From NCBI RefSeq assembly GCF_963676685.1, contig NC_092348.1:6696001-6760000 (forward strand): a DNA stretch of 64,000 nt. Reading direction: 5' to 3'. The notes beneath the pieces were generated by a model. The model was not told where the DNA came from, ran no database searches, and was given only the letters and a program-made list of their open reading frames with translations. Below, piece by piece: positions 26,401 to 38,400 of this stretch (within the stretch, counting starts at the first letter, position 1; each line of letters starts with the position of its first letter). Made by a program: the position numbers and the translations under genes. The stretch comes from Mytilus edulis (taxonomy: Eukaryota).

Positions 26401-29400
26401 GTAGTTTCACTTTCATTGTTGACATTCTTTTTCTTTAAATAACCAGTACACGTACAATGCATGCGTTGTCAATCTCTAGCTAGGGGTTAACTTGAAGTTC
26501 ACATGAATACCGGTTAGAATGATGATGACATTTTCACTTGCAAGTGAATCAGTCAAAAATTATGTTTAATCGCTTATTTCAACAAAATTAAAGGAAATTG
26601 ATTGCTAAAAGCAAATTATTATTTGATTATTCCAATTTGATTAATGATTGATCTAAAAAAAAATCATACTTTATTTTTTTATATATATCGTAGCTAGTGC
26701 TCCTTTAAGGTTTCAACATCTTTGTGATATTTTTTTCAGTTGTGGGAAAGGATTACAGAGTTATAAAATTGAAAAACATGAGTCTGATGCCCACTTTGTT
26801 TGAGATTTGTGATCAACTTACATGAGTTTTATACTCAGTTTTATATAGATAATAAATCCAGGGGCTTGTCACATGAGGATTTTACAGCCATCCTACTACA
26901 CTGTAAACATAAACAGAAGGTGTTAAGTGAATTATTACGACTTTGTAATGAAAAGGTCTGACATTTTATTACCCTTTGTATGGAATAAGGTATACACATT
27001 AACATATCTTACATTGGGAAAACTTGCTGTATGATTTAAAGGTTCAAATAAGGTCCACCTAAGGTTTATATTTTACTAAAAAAGATAACAAAATTAATAC
27101 AACAAGGACAAATGCAGAGCTCAAATGTAAAAGTGTGAAAATTATAAACAGATAAGGTTACATTTCATTCATCTTTGGAATAAGGGCATTTATATAATTT
27201 TTGATGAAATAAAACTGTATTTTTGTCACTTCTCTCCTGGAGCAAAATTATTTTTCAGTGTGTTTATCTTCCAATTTTTATAGAAACTTTAGTTATGCCA
27301 ATGTGTGGCCATGTGTGGGGAAAAGGTTAATGTTCTTCAATCTTCAGACACTTACATGTATATGCCATCTTTGAATGTCTCTTATTAATTAGCTTTTCCT
27401 GTAAATGAGATTTATATAAAGGCTTGTTTCTCTGTATGCATGTATGTAATATTATAAATTAAAAGTTCTTTTCGCCTTGTATTGAATATAAATGTTAATT
27501 GAATGTGACTTGAGAAAGGAGCTGTGTATTGAGGAAGCTATAATGACCTACAAGAATTTGCCTGCTGTGTTTATAATTACTGAACACATGTTTAACATGA
27601 AAGCTGGATTCACTTTCTCTAGGGGTCCTGTAAAGGGAAAACAATTTGTCAGAGAAGGTTAGACGTGAATCTGTTAATTATTGATGAAGAACGAATAAGA
27701 TGTAGGTGGAACCCAAACAAACACAGCATTTGATGCCTATTATATGTATACTGTTTACATGTCTAAACATCTTATATCATCTAATGTATTATAAGTAATG
27801 ACCTCTTTGATATAGTGCCAGCTCATATAATCATGTAGAGATGACTCAAACTTATCGTGATATTTTATGAAGTAACAGTATATATATATATATAAAAGAG
27901 TTGGTTTACTTTAAATTAGACTATCAGGCAATATAATTGAAATCTGTGGCATTTTACAAGGATATACAAAGTATAAGTTTCACACACTTTTTCCATCAAA
28001 ATTCAAAATGAAGCACGAGTTGACAGTTTCTTATTAAAAACTAGAGAAGGTGATAATAGATTCTATTGAACTTTTTTGTTGACATTGTGTTTTCATTATC
28101 GACTGCTAATGAAGTTAACATTCAGACAAATATTGACCTATAGATTTATCCATTTGGTTTGACATGGGGGATCCATAAATAACCATACTTTTAAATTATT
28201 TGCCCTGGGTCATACATTAGACATGTGTACCTTGTACTTTAAATTGATTTATTGAATGATATTAAGTCCCTCTGTAGAGCCCCAGAAAAAAAATAACACA
28301 TCATGCATGAACCATTTCATGGGAACAACATATTTTTGTGTAAAATGGAAGTAACCTTAGCATCTAATATTGAGAAAAGGATGTGACTTATTTGATAGAA
28401 ATGGCGTACAACACTAAACATGCTGTCACTGATTTAGGTAAGCATCCAACATTGTGTTTTTTATGTCCTTTGTTTGAAAACATGTGACAAAGGATGTGAT
28501 TCATTCAACAGTTTGTGGTTTTGTTTCCATTCTGAAAAACCCAGATTAAATTGATTACCATTTGATTTTTAACAAAGTAGCAGTTTATGGCAATACCTTA
28601 ATATAACATGTATTTTATTGTCTTTTTGCTGTTTGTGTCTGCATCATCATGTCAATCAGACAAAGATTATCTTTCTGTCTACGTACAATATTCATTCCTC
28701 AGGTTGACTCATTAACAATTTACTGAATGACCAGAAGGTCGGACCATTGATATAATGGCTTATTATATCTTTGGTCTGACTGTTCATATTATACATTACT
28801 TTAAATAGATGCACTAATGTATTTTGATTGTTGTAATGGGCACTGCTCTTTCAATAAGGTATATTGCACATCTTTTATTATTCTTGACAAGGGGCTTAGG
28901 GTTTGAATCTGCAGATCACCAACAATCAAGGCATAATATTGCAAGGAGGATACTTATTAGATTTAACCAATAATAAGTAAAGAAGTGCTATCTGCTACAA
29001 TTGACTTTTTATTTTGGAGAAGGGGAGAGGTGATATATATTGTCCTGTAGACTTGCTACATGTCCCTTCCTAATTATTATTATTTTTTCAATTTTGCCCC
29101 TTTAATAATTTTACTGCTATAACTAGGAGATTACAATTATACTGACATCTGCAGGAGGAAAAAGGCAATCAGTAGGCTGGCACTTATCAGTAAACATATA
29201 AATTAGTAAGAGAGAAATATTAGAAAGGGAATTGTAGCAAGTCTAATTGTCCTGGTATTTTATTTTTGTTTACTTTGTTTTGGTTAAGCCTTGGTTGGCT
29301 GGTCTTCTTAAAACTTGTGTTCTTAGTTATACTCATGATACTTAGAGAGTCTGCCAATGACATATCTTGACTGTCAACTGGCAGTAAATTGTATCATCTA

Positions 29401-32400
29401 GCTAACCCCCTTTTTCCCTGTTCCCTATTAAATTTCACATTCACTGTAGAAGTTAGTGCACTCAATGCATATTTAAAGTTCAAAAGAAAGAATGTTCCCA
29501 CAATCACCAACATAATGGCAGTATGATTGTCACCATTTAATGACTGCCAATTTGATTTTCCAATTTATGTGGAACAAAAAAAAAGATGGCGACGTGTTGT
29601 GGTCGTCCTCCGGACAGTGGTCAGAATTCCAATTATAATGACGATTCAACAAGTCCAACCTTTTCAGAATTAGTGTCAGTAAGACTTAATAGCAATTTAG
29701 AAGGTAAAACAAACGGAACATTACCAAAAACTGATGCAATTGATGTATTGAATTCATCTCAATGTGACCAATGGTTCGAGTCCCAAAATGTAAACAATGA
29801 CATTAGCCTGTCCAATTCACAAGATAGTATTACATTCAGTCAAGACTCATACATTCCATCGCAGCAAACTATAATGTACTTAGATAAGGTTTTAGATGGC
29901 CTTCCCAGAGAAAAATACATTGACATGATTGTGCATACTTTAAAAGGCAACGAATCATTAGTAACTTGGTACCGAAATATTCTGCTATCACGGGCGGGCG
30001 AGATAGAAGGGTGTCCAAAAGGGAAACTTTGCAATAGAAAAACCACAAATAAATCTAGTAGCATACAAAAATACGCCAAGGATTGTTATATTCTACAAAT
30101 GTTTACTGAAGGCGACGCCTCTGAGATTGACTCTGTTTTCAGTAGGTCGGTTAATTCAACAAGTGACAATTTGCATAATGATACCATTTGTGAACAAAAC
30201 CCCGTTAACCAGGTTGATATTAACAGTACATTGCAGTTGCTAATTGAAAGAGTCAATGGGTTAGAAAATATTTTAAAAAGTAAAGACGGGATTGAAAAGA
30301 AATTAAAAGCAAAAATTGAAGAACTTGAAAATGTTATTGACGACAACAAACGTCAATTTGAGTTACTAAAAGCTGAAATTACTCCAAAAATAGTGAAATT
30401 TGAATCGGAACTCAAGACCATGAGTTGGTTAGCATCTGACGTGGGCGAGTTCAATTTTATGGCACATAGTAGTAAAATGAAAGAAATCGAATCGGAAATC
30501 AAACAAAATCGTATCGCAATTACGTCGTTACAAAAAACATTCAGAAAAAATCAACCCGTATTGAACCCCAAAATACTAGTAAATAAACAACCGTCAACAA
30601 AAGGTACGAGTGAACACATGTCTACACCTATCTGTCCCGTTAATACGAATAAATCCACTGTGTCAAATGTGTCAATCGATTCATTGATTACAACCGAAAT
30701 TGATCGTATGATGTATCAGATCGACCCCCAACAATCCGATCCTATAATACCTGGCGCTTACGACTCTGTAGATTTTCTAGAACATTGCGGTAAACGCCCA
30801 ACAGAAATCATTGAAACGGACAATAATGCTGATTTAATTACGCCATCTTGCGGAAAGGAAATTGCAAAAGCAACGAACACGAACATAAAATGCGATTCAT
30901 ATAGAGACAAACTTTTAGAAGGCATAAACGAAAAAGCTAACTGCGTAGTTACTAAATTGGCCAAACCATTAGAACCCGCTTTTCAAATTCCCGTACGTAT
31001 CAATGGTAGTCATCATGATCCCAAACCAGCAAATGAGAACTTTACCGGTGTAAGCCGTAAACGCACGTCCAGATTTTACATTACAAACATAGATCCTTCC
31101 TCGAGTAAGGAAGGCCTATTGAGCTATGCGAAACAACGGGGTGTTAATATTACGCACGTCATACTATTCAAACCACGCAAAGGAAGAATTTCCGGTAGAA
31201 TAAACGTTACGATGGAATCCAAAGAATTACTCCAAAACAGTGAGTTTTGGCCTAACAACATTATCTGTCGACCTTGGTATAATAATCGTGCATGGAACGA
31301 TCGCATTAACAACGAGAATTCAACGGAGCCACACCACTATCAAGATGGCTCTTAGTTACATTCATGTACATTCTCGATATTTAATAACTATAATCATGCT
31401 TTCTCTAGTGACTTGGAATGTACGTGGTATCATGTCATCATCAGTCTGCTTATCTGAACTCTTTAAGTATACGAATTGTGACATTGCCGTATTATCGGAG
31501 CATAAGTTATTTAACCACTCTCTGCAATTTCTTAACACATTAGATAATAATTACCATAGTTTAGGTATAGCGGATACAAGTGTTAATATTGAAACCAGTA
31601 AATGTGGAAAAGGTGGCGTTGCAATTATGTACAAGAAAACATTGAAGTTCAACATAAAACCAATTAACTGTCCCGTCTCCGAAAGAATACTAGGAATTGA
31701 AATACAGTGTAACGAAAACTACTCTATATTTGTTTTTTCGGTCTACTTACCCGCAGACAGTAATATTCAGAATTACAAATATGAAATGAACATTGTTGAA
31801 GATTATGTCAGCAACTTTTCAAAATTTGGTCCTGTAATTGTAGCCGGTGATTTCAACACTAGTTGCAGAGTAACCGACCTTGGTCGAACCAATGTGAATA
31901 AATCAATCGTATTTTCAGATTTCATGTTAAGGAATAACATTATCCCGGTTAATGCAAGCACGCTTAGAGATGCTTCATCATTTACGTACATTCCAACTCG
32001 AACTTTACTGGATTACTTTTTGGTTAGCGAGGAATTAGCTGGTGACGTAATTTCCTGTGAAAATATTCCCGAAGGAACATTAAGTCTTACTTCGGATCAC
32101 CTACCTGTTTTCTTGAAACTGAGCATACCGTATGTTTGCAATTCAACAAACAGTTGCAATAATGTTTGGCCGTCATGGCGCAAAGCATCGGAAAGCAGTC
32201 TTGGTGCATACAACGAACTTACCAATAAAATAGCAGATCAGCTCTTGGACTTGCCGTTATGTAATTTGTCCGACTTAGATACACTAGCTTGCAAACTTAC
32301 CGATAAATTGAAAGACTGTGCAAACGAAACAATACCGTCGGGAAGCTTTAATCCCAAAACTAAGCCGTATTGGTCAGATGAAGTTAAACAAGCACATACA

Positions 32401-35400
32401 GCTGAACGTTTGGCTCGTAGGAAATGGATTAACCAAGGCAGACCGCGAGGGGCGAACTTTCCTTCCTACGTCGAATACAAATCTGCGAAAAACGAATTCC
32501 GGAATCGTCAACGTTTTGCCTATAATGCCTACATGGACAATACTTACCGTGAAATCGACGAAGCAGCTGAGTGTGATGTCAGACTCTTTTGGCGCTTAAT
32601 ATCACGTCAGAAAAACCGTAAAACCAACCAAATTTCAGAAATACTACATCACAACCGAAAATGTAAATCTCCAGAAGATATTTCAAATGCTTTTGCTGAC
32701 TTTTATGCAGACGTTTATACACCAACTGAAAACTCAAAATTTGACAATGATTTCAAGGTTCATGTGACTGAATTCGTAGATCGCACACTCGAGTCATGTG
32801 CAACAAATAATGGCCTCCTCCCAGGAGGTGAAATAACCTTGTACGAAATCGAAACAGTGGTTAGAAACCTCAAGCTACGAAAGGCACCAGGATATGACAA
32901 GCTGCAAAACGAACATGTGAGATACAGCGGTAAAAAACTACATACAGTCATTCTCCGTATTTTTAATGCAGTGATTAGATTCGGTCGTAGTCCGTTGTGT
33001 TGGAAGCATGGCTTATTGATTCCATTGTTTAAAGGTAATGGAAAGTCCAAACAAGCGCCCGAAAACTACCGTCCTATATCGCTATTGCCAATAATGTATA
33101 AGCTGTTCGAAACTATATTAAAGAAGCGACTATTAACCTCTTTGCAAAATGATTTGTTTCCAAATTTACAACAACAAGGCTTTCTTAATGGACTTAGCTG
33201 TATCACTGCCTCCTTCAACTTCCAAGAAACTATATATTACCTTTTAGAATTAGGATGCAAATTGTATGTTGCGTTTTTGGACAGTTCCCGTGCGTTTGAT
33301 ACGGTGTGGCATAGCGGCCTAATTTATAAATTGTACCAACTTGGGATAAATAGTAAAGCTTTACAAGTGATTTCTGATTGCTATAGTGATATAACAAGTG
33401 CCGTTTACGTCAATGAACACGTATCAGTACCCTTCAAAGTCCGACAGGGCGTCAGACAAGGCGGTGTACTATCGACCATCCTGTACTTGGTGTACATTAA
33501 TGACCTTTTAAATGAATTAGAATTAGTTGGAACCGCAAATATTTCAAATATTCGTACAAGTAATCCATCATTTGCTGACGATGTAGTTTGCATTGGTACT
33601 TCGCCACAAAGACTCCAAAATATGTTGAATTGTGCGTACGATTATTCACTTAAATGGAGATTTGAGTTCAATCCTCTGAAATCTGTTATCTTAGGCTACA
33701 GAACTGAACTAGATCTTGTATTCAATCTAGGTGATAAAAGTGTTAACATTTCAACTGAGACCAAGCATCTTGGAATATTAAGGACGGTTGACTTATCACC
33801 GAGCACAGATATTCAGCATTCATGTAGGAAGGGTCGCAATGCTTATTTTGCTATAGCCGGTACTGGATCTTGTTTGTTAAATCCGTTAACTGTATGTGGC
33901 CTCTACAACAAAATTGTTATACCTGTGGTACTTTACGGATGTGAGCTATGGAACGGGATAAAACCAAAAGACTTAAGGTGTCTTGAAACTTTCCAACATT
34001 TCATTGTTAAACATATTCAAGGCTTTCCGAAACGAACACGGTCAGATATGTGTGAATCTATGACCAACCTCGAGAGACTACCTATACTAGTAGAAAAACG
34101 GAAATTGATGTTCCTGTATAAACTTTGTGAAATGAAGGCCCAATCACTTACCAAACAAATTTTCATTTATAGACTTTTTCAGTATTTCGGAGATACCAGT
34201 AGGAAACAACATGGATTCATCCCAGATGTAACTAACATTTTATCAAAATATTCACTTTTGAATTTTTTGAATAGCTATATGTTTACCGGCTGTTTCCCAA
34301 CCAAATTACAGTGGAAAAACATTGTCAATGGTGCGATTAACCAGCATGAGAAACATCGAAAGGAAGAGCGAATGCGTAGTGACAACGATTTTACACGATT
34401 TCTAAGATTGTCTGAGAACAATGGCTATGATTTTATATGGCAATATGCAAAATATACTGGCAGACTTCGAACCGCTAAACATGTAGCTAAACTTTGGTCT
34501 ACTCCCCCGACTAGCGGAAACTGCAACTTGTGTGGACACTTTGTTCAAGATACACTTTACCATCAAATTACAATGTGCACAGAACTTCAAACACAAAGAC
34601 ACTTGCTATATAAAAGATTATCAGAAATGACTAGTGACAATTTCTTATACACACTGCTCTCAAAATCAGACGAGTACGTGTCCTGTTTTCTGCTTGGCAA
34701 TCACGAAGAAGCTCTATTGGACTTTTTAACACCAGAGCATTGTTTAGACGTCCTTAACGAAGGATTTTCCTATCTTACATACTGTAGACTGTAAATACTT
34801 TTGAATTCAAAATATTTAGTGACATTAATTCTATTACCTAATTTCAAAACTTTGTAATTGTACATAATTTATATGCATTTTGTCAATCTCCTTTAGGAGG
34901 AAATAAAGTATGATGAAGTTAGGAAAAGATTAAGGTTCGTATGACTAATCAACTAGAAATGTATACCAAGTTCAAAATTAGTGATAATTTACCTGTCATA
35001 AAATTCATTATAAAATATATCAGGTACATCAAACCAAAAAAATTGTTATTTAAAAAATGTATATATTTTGTGGTTGACTATATGATCCCTTTATGTATAT
35101 GTAAAAATTAAATGAAAATTATCAAATACATGGGAATGTCAAAAAGGACAATATTTTCCTTTGAAATTCAACATTAAAACACAATAATGTGTTTCAAATG
35201 ATCTCAGTTTTCATTTAAACAACCTTCAGGTTAGGAACAATGAAATTTGATATTGATTTTCCATAAATTACCATACAACAATAGTATCTGGTCCATACCC
35301 TATTGTCTGGAGACCCAGTGACCCTAGGGTGTTTTGAAGACCATCAATAAAGCATTTGGTATCGATTTATTGGATGACAATTGATTTTTATCCACCATTT

Positions 35401-38400
35401 TATGATAGATCTCTAAGCTGAAGCTTTTTGCCTTCAATCAAATAGTCATTGAGAGTCCACTTTAGTTTGTCTTTGTTCTACTGACTGTATTGCTGGTTTT
35501 TGTATTTTTCTAAACAAATTATGATAAAGACATTAAGAGAAGTGCTATAGGATAGTTGTATTTTTAAAAGAAGTAAAAGCTAACAATCTGACTAAAAGCC
35601 AGCTGTCACTATCTTGTACTACAAATGCAAGTAAATAGAGTGGGACTAGTGTTAGTCTAAAAACAAATGGCTAAACATCATAAACATGACTTGGATAATT
35701 CTGTTTATTAAAAAAAAAACAGTTATAAGTTTGATACATAACATTTGCTAATGCTTTTACACCAAGTGATGCCAATTTTGTAAGCGTTTGTAAGTCTCAT
35801 ATACTACTGGTTTTCATGTGGGATTAAGTTAAACCAGTCAGTAACAAGAATATTATAAATATTGTGATGAAGAATTTGTAAAGTAACACTGGTATCATGT
35901 TGATAACTCATTTCGTTTTGAGTTGTTTATAATTTTGTTTTATGGTAAATACATTTTTGATAGTGATTAATGACAAAGCTAACTTTTTTTGACATTCAGG
36001 GTAAATTGTAATTGCATTTTATCCCATGGCTTATTAAAGTAAAAAGCACAGAAAACCTTACACTTCAAAAAACATAAAACCATTCAATATAATTGTAGCT
36101 ATTTATGTAATTATATATTGCCTTTTACCTACCATTTAACTTTGATGTATAGAATAACATAAGAAAATATTTAATATGACATACATTTGTGTAGCTGACA
36201 GTTTACATTGTTTGTCTTGTCTTTTGGGTATAATAATGGCCTCCAGAAATATCTGGTTTATATCACAATATACAGGGGATGGGAATGGGTTATACTCTTA
36301 CAATGTGTTTGGAAGATTTAATTTCAGTTTTTCCCACCTGAAAAGCTCCTAATGACTATGTTCCATATAATGGATACAAATGCAACATGTTTGCATAACA
36401 AATTAATTAGAATCTTCTAAAAAACTGTATTTCTCCAGACTCTTATATTATATAAATCATCTATGCACTTAGACCCTCTTTATCAAACTCGTATATTAGA
36501 GTGAAGAAGGTCCTTAAAAAGTCAATGATCAGATAAGAAAAAACATATGTTGTCTTGGCACTCAGTCAACTTTGTAGAAAATGTCCTGTAGGAGTCAAAC
36601 ATTATATTATTGTCAAGATTTTATAAAACTGTTTGAAGAAGGTCTTATGTCAAAGGAATATAATATATGTTTTATACTTGAAATACAAAAGATTTATTTA
36701 TAGTTTGTGAAATTAAATTATCATGGGGTGGTTCAAGCAAAGCACACTCCTACACTAGTGTTATATAAAATTATTATCATCTGTCTTAGTATAAATCCAG
36801 TTATATACTAGTCACAGTGCTGATGATAGTTAGGAATGTAGGTTTACATGGTGGCTTGCATTTTCTGAGTACAAGCAAGATAAATAACATGGTTTCTTTA
36901 TATTATATGTTTTACTTCTTTATTTAGGTTTCTCATTTAAAGTTAACATCACTTGTACTTTGCTGGCAAAACGGCTGGTATTGAACAACCAAAAAATCTG
37001 AAGCAAACCGTGCCTTTGTGCACAATAATGGTCTAATAATATCATTATTAAACACTCACTGTAGAAGGCTTATCTTAGGCTTGAGGAATAAAGTCAACTT
37101 TTAAGGAAAGGATGCCCCATTGCACTTAAGTCCAATTGCAAAGGAACAAAGGATCATTTGATATGTAAAGTGTATAAATAAAGAAACAAAAGGCCAGGAG
37201 TGCAAATTGATCTTTCATTGATCACTGTTTGTTACAAAGACTGTTTTGTTAACAGTTATTTTTAAATAATTTATATCAAATATCATCTTATTTATATTTT
37301 CAGGTTCAAGCAGTACTCCTGATCTGACTGAAACAGAAGTTATTATAATTGGGTGTGTGTGTGCAGCTATATTGGTAGCCCTTCTAACGGTACTAGTGTG
37401 CATTATTTGTCGAAGAAGAAATTTAGGTAAGATACTTTGACAATACAAACATTTATGTTTACAACTCAAATTCTTTAACATCACAATAAAAAAAAAAGTA
37501 TTTTCACAAAAACAACTAAGCAAGAAAAGTTTATTGATACAAAAAGACTTTCTAGAATCTTAAGAATTTACACTTTTACTCGTGTTGAAAGAATTAAAAC
37601 AAAACACTCACACCCTTACTTGACAAATCAGTGAGAAAGGAATTTTGTTATGATATCTGTGTGTTGACCAAATGACAGGACAACTAAGAAGGAATGGATT
37701 TCTGTCATTTCAGCTGACAGTCATCATTTACTTATAACTCATTTGTCCTATCCCACACTACATGTACTATCATACCCAATTTTGAATTAGTTTTGGTCTT
37801 TTCAATAAGAAAATTGTTAAATTTCATTTTGGGAACAGTTCGATTCTTTGCAATTTGTGATGGATTTTTTTCCCCTCTTGTGGAAACCCATATCTCCTTT
37901 TCTTCATGCATATTATAACACATCTGTGTTTTGTTGTTTTGCTGGATTGCTGTCTTATTGGCACATTCCTGGTAACCACACATCATGTAAAATAACTGAC
38001 AACATCAGCATATCTGTCATTACTGTAGAAAACTGGTATTGTCTATTTCAAATCATCTTAAAACATAAAGGGATTCTGTGCATATACACATGGTATTGTT
38101 TATGATAGTATAGTAATGTGTATAATTGACATAGATATGTACATAATGTATCAAATGTGTATAATTGACATAGATATGTACATAATGTATCAAATGTGTA
38201 TAATTGACTTAGATATGTACACAATGTATCAAATGTGTATAATTGACATAGATATGTACACAATGTATCAAATGTGTATAATTGACATAGATATGTACAC
38301 AATGTAATAAATGTCATGTTGCATCATGATTTGTAGATGAAAAGTTTCATCTGTACTGAGGAATGTGTGATATAATATCACAAGACTTTCATTTTTTATA

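Larger units (their letters stand above)
29569..34916 (+). mobile_element. Full-length non-LTR retrotransposon (LINE; clade uncertain, RTE-X/Proto2-like) in intron 14, sense orientation
   Basis: Two intact overlapping ORFs, higher GC/CpG than the flanks, short 3' UTR ending GGAGGAAATAAAG-tatgatga; no clear TSD, so ends are approximate. Confidence 0.92.

Noticed and set aside
31240-31344. ORF-track start of LINE ORF2
   Set aside because: Non-ATG start inside ORF1; the first ATG is 31345 and APE motifs begin after 31396.
37215-37523. 102-aa minus-strand ORF
   Set aside because: Antisense shadow of the TM exon; likewise the ORFs at 7199, 9432, 14704, 15826 and those antisense to the LINE.
38048-38317. 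Repetitive Cys-rich 13-aa-repeat ORFs
   Set aside because: Translation of the 39-bp minisatellite; no splice or start support.
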